From assembly GCA_031413715.1 (NCBI GenBank), contig JANOFO010000010.1:302-64301 (forward strand): a stretch of 64,000 bases of DNA, read 5' to 3'. The position numbers were made by a program, and so were the translations under genes. Source of the stretch: Minisyncoccota bacterium (lineage in GTDB: Bacteria; Patescibacteriota; Minisyncoccia; Phycocordibacterales; UBA9973). Of this stretch, positions 19,972-30,298 are shown one piece after another. Position 1 is the stretch's first letter; every line of letters begins with the position of its first letter. The notes under the pieces were generated by a model, which worked only from the letters and a program-made list of their open reading frames with translations, searched no databases and was not told the origin of the DNA.

Positions 19972-20379
19972 AAACAAAAAACCAAATAGGTAAAATTTCC
20001 CACTATAGGTATATAGAATTTTACCCATAAGAAAGAGAGGTCTACGCCCTTTTTAGTGTATCTGTTTATATTTGGTGCTAGATGGTACACAAACGTACAA
20101 CCTGGTACACATTTTGCTTATACCAGTAGGCTATCAGGTTGGTACTTTGATGGTATAGACATGACAATGAATACCTTGACCCAAATCTAGGAACAGACAC
20201 TACGTACTGGTACGTACCCAGACAAGAAAACTTTTTCTAGAAATAGCTCCTGTGACATGGGCTGTCCCTCCTAAAATAAAATCTCGCGCCAGGAAAACAC
20301 CCACCACCCCAAATACGAAAAATGGAGCTTCTATGCTCCTTTCCTTGAACCGAGTATAATAAGCCTATTAGGGGGCTGT

Positions 20380-20484
20380 TTAAGCCACAATAGCGAGCAA
20401 CTGACGCATCTGTTGCAGGGAGACGCTAGGATAAGGGAAGATTTCTTCCCATTTAACAGTTCGTACATAGTCCCCCCAAGCCCG
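20380..20484 (-). other. Displaced integrase C-terminal coding tail at attR
   Basis: Reads R-AWGDYVRTVKWEEIFPYPSVSLQQMRQLLAIVA* in frame with the integrase when joined at ccgc. Confidence 0.65.
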
Positions 20485-20485
20485 C

Positions 20486-20665
20486 TAGCATAAATTGCTT
20501 TGCAATTTTGCGCGTAAGCGAGAAAGAGAACTACTTCTCTTTCGTGTGCGATCAATAGATTGTAACGTGAGGAAGATTCGAAAGACTTTTCGCTATCGAG
20601 TTTACTCGATCGAAAAGTACCTGGCTACGTGGTAGCTGAAAAGCGTAATCGCGGTCTCTCATTTG
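20486..20665 (+). repeat. tRNA-trailing structured element, copy D (displaced from tRNA-Ser)
   Basis: Hairpin, then gcgtaagcg...gtgag-gaa-gattcgaa, a degenerate antisense copy of the tRNA-Ser 3' end. Confidence 0.5.
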
Positions 20666-21274
20666 CTATAAAAGTTTGAAGTTATCTTCTTTTACCAAGA
20701 CCGCTTCATCATCTCGTAGAAGCTGTAATTTCACTTTGCCTGACCAATCCTTAAGAATCGATTGAAATTCTTGTTCGTGCTTCTCTTTTCCATAATGTGG
20801 AAGTATGACAAGATCAATTAATCCGAAACTTTCAAAGGATTTAAGATTAGGTGCCTCATCTGGATCATCGAATACTTTCACTGGCTCAATTGTTGGGCCT
20901 GCTATTACCGAACCAGCACTTGATCCAATATATATCTTACCTTCATCTATTAGTTTTACGATCACTTTATCGAATCCGCTTTTCTCGGCATAATAGAGAA
21001 GATAGAATGTATTGCCTCCAGAAACAAAAATGATATCTTTTTTGCTTAGAAACTTATAAAGTTCTTCTTCATTTTTATCTTTAATATCAAGATCTTCAAC
21101 TTCCATTCCGAGATCGACAAGTGCTTGTCGATCGGCATCCATCCAAGGCTTAGTATCGTACATATCCGCAGCTGTGGGTATAAAAGCGACTTTCATACTA
21201 GGAGTAACATGTATATTTTCTTTGAATTTATCTGTAACTACGCTAAACATAGATGTAAGAAATAGAGTTTTCAT
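20666..21274 (-). CDS. Peptidase E / S51 family
   Basis: FIPTA, VSGGNTF, GSSAG and LPHY motifs. Confidence 0.9.
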   Translation of the reverse strand: MKTLFLTSMFSVVTDKFKENIHVTPSMKVAFIPTAADMYDTKPWMDADRQALVDLGMEVEDLDIKDKNEEELYKFLSKKDIIFVSGGNTFYLLYYAEKSGFDKVIVKLIDEGKIYIGSSAGSVIAGPTIEPVKVFDDPDEAPNLKSFESFGLIDLVILPHYGKEKHEQEFQSILKDWSGKVKLQLLRDDEAVLVKEDNFKLL

Positions 21275-21391
21275 ATGAAGATAGTATATCAGAAGACTGA
21301 CTCACATGCCTCAGCTAGGCACTCCAAAACATGCTAAAATACCCTTACAAAGGTTACAGTATATATAAATACGAAGAGCCTATTGATAAAC

Positions 21392-22141
21392 TTATTCCAG
21401 AAAAACGAGGCCGACCATTAGAACTACTCCCAAAATTAGAGAAAGCAATTGCAAGAAGGAGTCGCTTCCTTTTTTAGTTTTATGAAGTTCAGGGATCAAA
21501 TCTGCAACTGCAATATAAATAAATCCTCCGGCAGCTACTGGTAAAATCCAACTAGCAAAGCTCTCACTCGCCTCTCCCAATAGAAACACCAAAAGAACGC
21601 CGAGCACTGCTGTAATCGCTGACAAGAAGTTGAGCCATAAGGCTCGCTTTCTTGTATACCCTGCATGAAGCAATACGGCAAAATCGCCTATTTCCTGAGG
21701 TATTTCGTGAAGCATGACCGCGAGTGTGGTAGCAATACCTAATGGAACACTGACTAGAAAGCTTATTCCGATAATTACTCCATCTATAAAGTTATGAACA
21801 CCGTCTGAAAAAAGTACTAGTTTTCCCACGGGATGAATATGAGATTCATGAGTATCATCACCATGATGATGCCAATGCATAAACTTTTCCAATACGAAAA
21901 ATACAAAAATCCCTAGGATTATGAGTAAACTAATCGTAAGAGGATTAGTTGAAGTTTCAAATGCTTCTGGAATCAAGTGTATTAATGCATCTCCCAAAAG
22001 GGCTCCTACTGCCAAGCTGACCAGTAAGAAAATATACTTTTTTATAAGTTCTTCTTTCATAGAAAGAGCAAAGACTCCAATTAAAGAAATCGAGCTTACT
22101 ATGATAACAGCTATTAATGCATAGAGATATGGGGTAATCAT
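21392..22141 (-). CDS. ZIP family zinc transporter
   Basis: HLIPE, His-rich loop, HNFIDG and HEIPQEIGDF motifs. Confidence 0.93.
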   Translation of the reverse strand: MITPYLYALIAVIIVSSISLIGVFALSMKEELIKKYIFLLVSLAVGALLGDALIHLIPEAFETSTNPLTISLLIILGIFVFFVLEKFMHWHHHGDDTHESHIHPVGKLVLFSDGVHNFIDGVIIGISFLVSVPLGIATTLAVMLHEIPQEIGDFAVLLHAGYTRKRALWLNFLSAITAVLGVLLVFLLGEASESFASWILPVAAGGFIYIAVADLIPELHKTKKGSDSFLQLLSLILGVVLMVGLVFLE

Positions 22142-22143
22142 AA

Positions 22144-22557
22144 TTATTGGTAACAACTCTTACAAAGCCCAAAGAGTTCCAAAGAGTGGTCTTTTATGTT
22201 AATAAATTTGGAAGAATTGCGAGCTATTCCTCCTAAAACTTTTTCTATAGTTTTATTTTCAAAATCCTCAACCGTATCGCATTTTAAGCAAATAATATGA
22301 TGGTGATGTTTTTCGGCAAGTTCAAAAAAGGCTGATTCCTTTCTAAAATCAATTTTTCTTAAAATTTCCGCTTGTTCAAGCAAAGATAGAGTTCGATATA
22401 CTGTTGCTTCGTTTATATCTTTATTTTTCTTTTCTTTCACTAGCTCGCGACAAACATCTTCTGCTGTTAGAGGGAGTTTGCTTTTATTAAAAATACTAAG
22501 AATAGCCAGTCGTGCTGGTGTCACCTTATACCCATTTTCTTTCAGTATTTCCTGCAT
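22144..22557 (-). CDS. zur: Fur family regulator (Zur-like)
   Basis: KVTPARLAIL, ATVYRTL, HHHHIICLKC and GLCKSC motifs. Adjacent to the ZIP gene. Confidence 0.85.
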   Translation of the reverse strand: MQEILKENGYKVTPARLAILSIFNKSKLPLTAEDVCRELVKEKKNKDINEATVYRTLSLLEQAEILRKIDFRKESAFFELAEKHHHHIICLKCDTVEDFENKTIEKVLGGIARNSSKFINIKDHSLELFGLCKSCYQ

Positions 22558-22563
22558 TGGTTA

Positions 22564-22592
22564 ACTATATTCTAAATGCAAATCATTTGCAA
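22564..22592 (-). promoter_or_regulatory. Promoter with 7-1-7 Fur/Zur-type box
   Basis: TTGCAA-17-TATAGT on the minus strand. tgcaaat-c-atttgca palindrome at 22577-22591. Confidence 0.75.
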
Positions 22593-22693
22593 GTGGATAA
22601 CAAAGATACAAGTAACGAGCTTATCATAACTGGAAAATAAAAAGACTACTCTAAAGTAGTCTTTTTGCATGAGTGTTGTTATACTATATATAC

Positions 22694-23164
22694 ATGGAAG
22701 AGAAGAATATAAGAATAATGGAGTGGGAGGCTCCTGAATATACTCACAAGGAAAAAAGCATGGATTTCTTGTGGACAATCGCCCTTATCGCGCTCGCTGT
22801 TGCGATACTCGCACTCTGGTTCCACAATTATGTGTTTGCAATTTTTATCTTGATTTCTGGCGCATGTCTTATATTCTTTACTTTGCGTAAACCCGAGAAT
22901 ATGCACTTTGCCATTAGCACCGAAGGTGTCCAGATGGGCAAAGACAAGCATCCATGGAAAAGCATCAAGAGCTTTGATATAAAAAATGGCGAGCCTTACA
23001 ACAAACTGATGATAGTTACCTCGCGGTATTTTTTGCCGGTATATGCTATTCCCTTACCTCAATCCCTCGCAAAAGAAGTAACCGAAGATTTACTCACTGT
23101 TATTCCTAGAATTGAAATGGAGGAATCGCGTTCAATGCTTTTCATGGAGAAGCTCGGGTTCTAA
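22694..23164 (+). CDS. Conserved hypothetical two-TM protein
   Basis: W.APEY.H.EKS N-terminus, two TMs, soluble C-terminal domain. Confidence 0.75.
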   Translation: MEEKNIRIMEWEAPEYTHKEKSMDFLWTIALIALAVAILALWFHNYVFAIFILISGACLIFFTLRKPENMHFAISTEGVQMGKDKHPWKSIKSFDIKNGEPYNKLMIVTSRYFLPVYAIPLPQSLAKEVTEDLLTVIPRIEMEESRSMLFMEKLGF

Positions 23165-23188
23165 ACCTTATATGCCATTTTTTATCTC

Positions 23189-23794
23189 TTAATATTCTAG
23201 CAGTTTCCCTGCTTTGATCTCTATTGGGTCGGCTTTTCTAAAATTCTTAATCATTTTTGGACTAACGATTTTGATATGAGGCGAGTCATCAAGGGAAGCC
23301 CCTATATTCCAAAGATCGTCCTCCTCGATAATCCATGACACCCCAAACTTTTTTAAATTAAATGGCTTCGAAAAGCTCTCGAGTGTTTTTCTGCCGTCGT
23401 GGTTGGTAAAGTATTCATGGAAGTAGGACATTGCCAGTTCTCGGACATTTTTATATACAGGCTCGCGATAACGGAGCACTGCGTGATTCGTTTTAGATAT
23501 GGCACCCCACCGGTCATCTTTTTTAAAGAGGGCAACGACATGATCAAAGTCTTTCTTAGAACTTTTCAAATCAAGGAGAAGTGGCTTGTGTCCATGGAAC
23601 CATAATATTGCTGCGGCCAGATACGCGCCTTCGAGGCAATGAGCTGTCCCGCGCGCAAGCGTAACACGTGGAGATGAACATGTTTCGCCATTCTTCTCAA
23701 AGTTGGGAGGAAGCGTATCGATAAAATCCTGGATCTTAGCCGGGGTATTTAATTTCTTAAAAATTTTTATTTCTTTTTTAGTGAGCCCGAACAT
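23189..23794 (-). CDS. Hypothetical protein with transglutaminase/papain-like Cys-His motifs
   Basis: AHCLEGA, DHVVA and WGAISKTNH motifs. Confidence 0.65.
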   Translation of the reverse strand: MFGLTKKEIKIFKKLNTPAKIQDFIDTLPPNFEKNGETCSSPRVTLARGTAHCLEGAYLAAAILWFHGHKPLLLDLKSSKKDFDHVVALFKKDDRWGAISKTNHAVLRYREPVYKNVRELAMSYFHEYFTNHDGRKTLESFSKPFNLKKFGVSWIIEEDDLWNIGASLDDSPHIKIVSPKMIKNFRKADPIEIKAGKLLEY

Positions 23795-23877
23795 AAGAGA
23801 ATTATATCACTAAATAATATAAAAAAGCGCCGGTATCGACGCTTTTTAAAAATGATGAGGAGGTTATAGTTTTGAAG

Positions 23878-24333
23878 TTACTTTGAATTAAACCGCCAGT
23901 TGCTCAGCTTGATCAAAGTTATCCATTCATACCAACTTTCAATACAGAAAGCTCTGGGTTGTATCGGGATAATATCTGTCGTTTCGAACTCCTGTTTCCT
24001 TGATAATTTGATTTCTGCATCATACATCAACCCTTCATTGAAAGGGTTATCTATTTTGAGCATTGTCAAATGCTCTGTTTTTTCTCCTTTAACTTTAACC
24101 ACGCAGAGCATGGTTATTACAACAGTTTTTGCCGGGTCTATTATTTTACTTACTCGTGTAACAGATTCGACGGAGCCATTAGTACGGCGTTGGACCTCAA
24201 TCAGGATTTTCTGGCCACAGCTGATTGTATCAGATTGAATGTTTGTAGATCCTAGAAAATTTTGTTCATAGTTGTTCTGGTTCCTCACAAAAATAAAAGC
24301 AAGGAAGACCCAGATAAACAGGATACTTTTCAT
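23878..24333 (-). CDS. Hypothetical secreted protein
   Basis: Signal-like N-terminus, 151 aa. Confidence 0.6.
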   Translation of the reverse strand: MKSILFIWVFLAFIFVRNQNNYEQNFLGSTNIQSDTISCGQKILIEVQRRTNGSVESVTRVSKIIDPAKTVVITMLCVVKVKGEKTEHLTMLKIDNPFNEGLMYDAEIKLSRKQEFETTDIIPIQPRAFCIESWYEWITLIKLSNWRFNSK

Positions 24334-24501
24334 TTTTTGTATTTTTTATGTTAAATAATTACAATACCTACAAACGTTCAAATCTTGAGCCCTTGTAGGT
24401 ATTGTAATCAGACTTTTCCTCATACTGACAGATTATGGATATTTGTCAAATAAAAATTACCTATAGCTCGTTTGTCTTATAGAATCTGATATACTCGATA
24501 T

Positions 24502-24936
24502 ATGTGGATCATCTTTGCTATAGGCGCTTCTCTATTTTGGGGACTTACCTATGTTTTCAATGAGCAGATATATAAAAAGATCTCTATCTCTACGTTCTTG
24601 GGACTAGCATCGCTTTTCATCTGTATTGTTACCATCGCCTTTTCCTATTTCTCTGGCAACTTTAGCAAAGATCTGACGACTCTCGCTTCATCACGTACGC
24701 TCATCCTATATGTTGGACTCAGTATGATATTCCTCCTCGTCGCGGAGTTGTTCATCGGATCTTCGATAACTGCCAAGAATGCCACGCTCGCCGGACTTAT
24801 CGAGATATCATACCCGATATTCATAGCTCTTTTTAGTTTCCTTCTCTTCAAGAATAGTCAAATCACCTCTTCGACCATCGTCGGAGGAGTTTTGATCTTT
24901 GCAGGAATATTTATCATCTATTATTTCAATAGATAG
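24502..24936 (+). CDS. EamA/DMT family transporter
   Basis: MWIIFAIGASLFWG start, five TMs, ISYP motif. Confidence 0.85.
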   Translation: MWIIFAIGASLFWGLTYVFNEQIYKKISISTFLGLASLFICIVTIAFSYFSGNFSKDLTTLASSRTLILYVGLSMIFLLVAELFIGSSITAKNATLAGLIEISYPIFIALFSFLLFKNSQITSSTIVGGVLIFAGIFIIYYFNR

Positions 24937-25024
24937 GATGATCGCGCTTGGCAGATTCTGGAATATAAAAGATTTAGAAATACCAAGAACTTCAAAAAGG
25001 CCATTTATATGGTAAAATCAACTC

Positions 25025-25483
25025 ATGGAATTTTCACCCCTCAATGCAAGGCCAAAAACCAAAGAAGAACTAGGAATTGAAGTTGCCCCACAATTTCATG
25101 AAAAAACAAAAGAATGTTTATCGATTTCCAATAAAATTGCCTTGTTTGTTACAAATGCTGTAGGTACACTTTGGTGTGCATTAGTATTTGCCATTTTAGC
25201 CCTTATCAGCCTTCCACAAGAAATTCATGGAGGGACTACTTCTATCATCGATTGGATAACGCAAACATTCTTGCAATTAGTCTTGCTTTCTATCATCTTG
25301 GTTGGGCAAAACATTCAAACAAAGCGTTCTGAATTAAAATCAGAAATAGACCTCAAAACTGATCTAGCTATAAAAAAAGAACTGGAAATACTAATAGGTA
25401 GGGTAGATATAATTGAAGCCGGACAAGCTAAAAAACTTGATAAAATTCTAAAAATTTTAGAAAGCAAAGGGTCTGCTAAATAA
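25025..25483 (+). CDS. DUF1003-like membrane protein
   Basis: KIA..VT..VGT and LQLVLLSIILVGQN motifs. Confidence 0.75.
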   Translation: MEFSPLNARPKTKEELGIEVAPQFHEKTKECLSISNKIALFVTNAVGTLWCALVFAILALISLPQEIHGGTTSIIDWITQTFLQLVLLSIILVGQNIQTKRSELKSEIDLKTDLAIKKELEILIGRVDIIEAGQAKKLDKILKILESKGSAK

Positions 25484-25564
25484 ATATGAAATTTGTAGCT
25501 AAATAGGGGCCGCTCCTGCTTCAAGGGATACTTGATCCAACATTAGTGTTTATCAAAGATATAT

Positions 25565-28426
25565 TTATAATCCTGTCACTACTTTAAGCATATGCCGTGT
25601 CTTCGAGCCGACGATACCGCTCGGTGGCTTAACAAAATATTTCAACTGGAATGCACGGACCGATACTTGTGTTTGCCTGCCATATTTTCCATCAATGATG
25701 TCCTGGTGACTTCCCTCATCGGCAAGGAGTTGTTGGAGACTCTTGACCGCTTCGCCAGCATCTCCTGGTTTCAAGTCTTTTTCGAGCACTCGAGCATCAC
25801 CCGGGATATCAAGGGTGACAAGGGATTGTGATACGAGGTTAAGTTGTTTCTGAGTTGCTACATCTGTGACACCAGTGATCGGCAGTTTGTATTTTGACTG
25901 AAATTGTTTCAAACCTTTTTCTGTCACGGCACCAAACTTTCCGTCGATAATAGTTGTCGGATAGAACTCGCCATCTAATGCAAGTACATGCTGAACATGT
26001 TCGATTTCGATATGAGTATCGCCTTTTTCCCAAACAGTTGTGAAATGTTCTTCTACGCCGAGTGGCATGATAACCGGTGTCTCACGCAACACCACTTGTC
26101 CAACTGATCCGCCACCCGATGATTTTCCGGAAGAACCTCCTCGTGAAGAAGAAAGTACTGCAATCGGTGCAAGTGAGACGCGGACTGATTCTGAATACGT
26201 TCTAGCGTGGTCGTATGAATAGAATGCGTAATAGTAGGTGGTGCCATTGTTCACATCCGTGTCAGTGAATGTTTCGCTGTCGCTTTCAAAAACGACGGTG
26301 CCATCCGCGGGCGTTGTCGGATAATTTCCCGCTTTCTTAACAATGATTGTTCGAACAAAATCGGCTTCATTTGGATTGTTCCAGGTGAAGACAATCTGCT
26401 CATCGAGGCCGGTGGCATTCACGAATGTCGGATGTGCGATTGGAAGTGAGGTTGTCGTTTCGGGAATGAACGGTTCTGCTGTTCCAGAATCTCCTCCTGT
26501 TGTGGAATTTCCGCTTTCAACAACCAACCCGTTGCCAGAATTGTCATTGATTATTTCGTTGAGAGAATCATTAGGCGATCCCACTGGAACCGAAGCAAGA
26601 GTCGTCGCTGAAACGACATTAGAAAGAACTGACCAGTCGCCAGTCTCGTACTTTTGTTTGAGAGCGAAATAATACATGGTGTTTGGACTAAGTCCTGCAA
26701 CCAGATATGTTCGCGCGGTTCCAGATGGCGAAAGTTCTGGGTATATAATCGGCGTTAGTTGTGCGGATATTGCAGCGTTCCAATTCGATTCAGTGATTAG
26801 ACTCGTGCTGTAACGCACTTCAGTGAACATACCCGCGTCGGAATCTGCTGATGAAGTGTTCCATGAAAGCTGTGCCGATGTGGCGTCATGTCCAGAAACG
26901 GAAAGGTTCGAGATCGCGCTCGGTGCAGAAACTGTTGTTGTGGCATGCGTCGTCGTGAAAGTATGATCATCCGAATAAGTAATGTCGCCTGCCACAGTTA
27001 CTGCCTTGATGCGATAGTGGTACGTCGTACTCGGGACGAGATCGTCCAAGCCAACACTCTGAGAAGACTGACTTGTTTGCATTGTTGTCGTCTGTCCGTA
27101 TTGGGTTGAGATTCCGTATTCAACGTGTCCTGTCGCAGCTATGTCCGTCGTCCATGAGACATTTGCGCTCGTAGTACTGACATTACTCGAAGAAACCGAG
27201 AGAATAGTTGCCGGAGTGGTGACGAAGATCGGCACGATAAGCGTCGAGAATTCATGAAGGTTCGACACTGTTGCAACGCTTGCGGGAGTGGGCTTGGACT
27301 TCACGCGGAAGTAATAACTAGTGTCGGGTGAAAGATTTGAAATGGTAACTGAATGGTTTGTGGTGAGATTTGAATTGAGAGTCGTATGCAAGCCAAGATT
27401 GATATTGTTGCCATATTCCGCTTGCGAATCGCTTAGTAGATCCGTCGTCCATGTGATTGTTGCAGATGTTTCCCCGATAGTCGAAGCCTCGACGCTTGAG
27501 ACAAGGAGTGTCGGCGCGATCAGTGTTCCTGTCGGAGCTGTTACGATTGTCTCACCTGTTCCCACAAGTGCCGCTGTGGTGAATGTCTCATCAGGCGTGT
27601 ACGCCGTATTTCCGATACCGTCGTGCGACGTAATGCGGTAGTGATACGTCGTGTTCGGTAACAAACTTGAGAGAGTAACGCTGTGAGCTGGTGCGTAGTC
27701 ACTGCTTGCATTAACCGTTGTGCCATAGTTCATTGTTGTGCCATATTCCACATACCCGTTAGCAACCTGGTCGGTTGTCCACGATATTCCGGCAGAAGTG
27801 GTCGTGACAGGAGAAACCGAAACTGTGAGGATGGTCGGCGGATTCGTATCAGCTTGCACCACTTCTATCGCGGTCGTGAACGAATGACCACAAGAATCCG
27901 AGGTATTATTGAAAAGGTCAGTCGCGTCAATACAGTAATAATAGGTGGTTGCTGGAGATAAGTTGAGCATCGTCGCTACATGAACAAGAGCACCGCCTGT
28001 CCCAAGAGTTACTGTTGATCCATAACTTGTCGTCGTTCCATAACGAAAATGAGAAACTGCGAGCTCGTTTGTCACCCATGCGACGGTTGCCTCAGTCGGC
28101 AACAGCGATGCCGAGACAATATCGGTTATGACCGGCGGTGTCGTATCGAAAACTGTTATTGTAGGAACAGTCGTCTCTGATCCTGTTGATGTATTAGCAG
28201 AGACAGTTGTATCCCCAACAGTGGTTGAGGTCGTATCAGTACTCGTCGTCGTTTCCGTCGTCACTGTAGGAGTAGGTTCTGGTGCCGGAGGTGTAGCCTC
28301 GACAACTGTCGGCGCGGAATTGGTCGTCCCTACATCCACTTCACCGAGTGCGAGCGCCGGAGCGATCGGCGCGAAAAGAAAAGTTATGATAATAATGAAA
28401 GATGAAAACGATTGTAATTTTTTCAT
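25565..28426 (-). CDS. Secreted multi-fibronectin type III protein with C-terminal peptidoglycan-binding domains
   Basis: Signal peptide, Thr-rich linker, about six FN3 repeats (W.T...V.YG...L.P.TTY.Y), two DG.(F/Y)G..T...FQ domains. Confidence 0.88.
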   Translation of the reverse strand: MKKLQSFSSFIIIITFLFAPIAPALALGEVDVGTTNSAPTVVEATPPAPEPTPTVTTETTTSTDTTSTTVGDTTVSANTSTGSETTVPTITVFDTTPPVITDIVSASLLPTEATVAWVTNELAVSHFRYGTTTSYGSTVTLGTGGALVHVATMLNLSPATTYYYCIDATDLFNNTSDSCGHSFTTAIEVVQADTNPPTILTVSVSPVTTTSAGISWTTDQVANGYVEYGTTMNYGTTVNASSDYAPAHSVTLSSLLPNTTYHYRITSHDGIGNTAYTPDETFTTAALVGTGETIVTAPTGTLIAPTLLVSSVEASTIGETSATITWTTDLLSDSQAEYGNNINLGLHTTLNSNLTTNHSVTISNLSPDTSYYFRVKSKPTPASVATVSNLHEFSTLIVPIFVTTPATILSVSSSNVSTTSANVSWTTDIAATGHVEYGISTQYGQTTTMQTSQSSQSVGLDDLVPSTTYHYRIKAVTVAGDITYSDDHTFTTTHATTTVSAPSAISNLSVSGHDATSAQLSWNTSSADSDAGMFTEVRYSTSLITESNWNAAISAQLTPIIYPELSPSGTARTYLVAGLSPNTMYYFALKQKYETGDWSVLSNVVSATTLASVPVGSPNDSLNEIINDNSGNGLVVESGNSTTGGDSGTAEPFIPETTTSLPIAHPTFVNATGLDEQIVFTWNNPNEADFVRTIIVKKAGNYPTTPADGTVVFESDSETFTDTDVNNGTTYYYAFYSYDHARTYSESVRVSLAPIAVLSSSRGGSSGKSSGGGSVGQVVLRETPVIMPLGVEEHFTTVWEKGDTHIEIEHVQHVLALDGEFYPTTIIDGKFGAVTEKGLKQFQSKYKLPITGVTDVATQKQLNLVSQSLVTLDIPGDARVLEKDLKPGDAGEAVKSLQQLLADEGSHQDIIDGKYGRQTQVSVRAFQLKYFVKPPSGIVGSKTRHMLKVVTGL

Positions 28427-28680
28427 AATGCATTGGGCCAAAAAATGTAGAGTGTGCGGTCCAATACAAAGGTTGGTTTATTATTTTTAATAATAAAGAC
28501 TGATTTATTATAACATCTGCAATAGGAAATAGCTTGCAACGACAAGATTAAAACTTTTAAAAAATTTATTCATAGATTCTTATTTCACTTTAAAATAAGA
28601 CAACCGAGACACTAAAAGGCATATTCTTAATCGAGGGAATATCATTGACATAAATAATAAATCATTGTAATGTAACTTCC

Positions 28681-29754
28681 ATGAAATTACATTGTCGTAT
28701 CTGCGGAACACCGATGCAAAAATGGGGCCATACGAGGCAAGGCAAGCCCCGATTTTTTTGTCCAAACTGCAAAAAGACGGCGACTCCCCAGCGTGATGAT
28801 GTCGAGCTTCGACAAACGGTTCATGAGATGAAAAAATGGCTTGGCGGAAAAGAAAGTCTGAGCCACATGGCTGCGCAATCTCATGTTACTCGCCAAGCAT
28901 TATGGAAACGCTTCCACCCTGTTATGGAAGCTGCTTCTATAGAACCTGATATGCCAGACCTGATCAAAACAAAAATGTTGATCGTTGATGGAACATATAT
29001 CCATGGACATACACTCTGTGCTTTGATCGCCGTCGACGAGTTCGACAAGATTTACTGGAAATTTGCATCATATGAATCATGCGCTGTGTGGATGAAATTT
29101 CTATCCTCGTTCGTCGAACCTGAGATCATTATCATGGATGGGCAGAAAGGATTGTTTTTAGCTGCCAAAACTCTATGGCCAAAAGTTGCGATTCAGCGAT
29201 GCCAATTTCATCTTGTCGCATTCGCTATTCAATATATCGGCAGACGCCCAAAAGAAAAAGTTGGTCAAGCGTTAATGGATATCCTCTATACACTCAAAGA
29301 TGCGAAAACAAAAGAGAGTCGTGATTTATGGATACGTTCATATCGAAAATGGGAAGAGACATATGAGATGTTAATTTCAGCGAAGGATACTAATAAGCAG
29401 TACCTTCGTCCTCGATTGCGTGGTGCACGATTAATTATTCGAAGAGCTCTTCCATACCTATTCACATTTCTTGATCATCCGGGATCACCCAATACTACTA
29501 ATTTAGTTGAAGGTTGGATTAATGGCGCTATGGCTGAAGCGTTGCGACTTCATCGAGGATTACGAATTAATGAAAAGAAAACGCTTGCAACCGTCATCCT
29601 TTCTGATCTGATACGCAAAAAGACGAGGGATAAATCTGTGATGGAAAGATTGAAATACGCTGCTCGCGTACGCAATGCACGAAGATTTGGAAAAAGGAAA
29701 TCGAGAAGTAATATAATACAACCTGCACTTGTTAATACAATGAAGTTGTTCTAG
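28681..29754 (+). mobile_element. IS256-family (IS1249-like) DDE transposase
   Basis: N-terminal CxxC...CxxC, VDGTY, MDGQKGL, QRCQFH and TTNLVEG motifs. Element ends not defined. Confidence 0.8.
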
Positions 29755-29845
29755 TTTGGGTTAAGTAAACATTAGTGTTGGTTTTTAATTTGGGCGGCAC
29801 GAAATTCAACACAAGTGTTTATTAAAAATATCCTTGTTTAAAAGC

Positions 29846-29876
29846 ACAAAACACCTCTTGAAGAGGTGTTTTGTGT
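29846..29876. terminator. Intrinsic terminator-like hairpin
   Basis: cacaaaacacctctt-g-aagaggtgttttgtg. Confidence 0.6.
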
Positions 29877-30247
29877 GTATCAGGATCTTCTACTTAGGTC
29901 TTCTAAAGAAGCCAGACCATATATTCATTCAAAACAGAGAAAAGTACTTATATATTAAGTATTTTTCTCTATCTTGACCAACACTTTAGTTGACTTAGGC
30001 CTAAGGACTAGATAAAAACAAACTAACTCCAGATTTCTCTGGAGCTGATTTGCCATTATCAATAACCCTACAAAACTATGAACCACATGAAGGGATAAGT
30101 CTGCCGACAACTTACCCCATGTTTAGCATAGAAATTATTTCAAAAGAAGATAAGGCAGGGTAATTTGCGCAATATGCAAACTCTGGAGATTAAGTAATCT
30201 TTTTTAAAGATTTAGATATTTAGGTCTGCCCGATACGGTAATAAAAC

Positions 30248-30276
30248 TTGACAAATAGAAAATAGTTTGTTAGAAT
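30248..30276 (+). promoter_or_regulatory. Near-consensus sigma70 promoter pointing antisense into the RT gene toward avd
   Basis: TTGACA-17-TAGAAT with extended -10 TG. Confidence 0.6.
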
Positions 30277-30298
30277 GCAAGTAGCCAATTGGTTTTTA

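Larger units (their letters stand above)
6634..20485. mobile_element. Integrative element (~13.8 kb) at the tRNA-Ser 3' end
   Basis: The integrase overlaps the tRNA end. Shared ccgc core at 6634-6637 and 20482-20485. Rejoining restores both an extended integrase ORF (attP) and a tRNA-trailing hairpin (attB). Confidence 0.75.

Noticed and set aside
20331-20555. 74-aa ORF across attR
   Set aside because: It crosses the inferred junction and structured DNA, and the meaningful frame is the integrase tail.
25565-28426. FN3 surface protein as a second DGR target
   Set aside because: I saw no TR-like sequence in it or elsewhere in the window.
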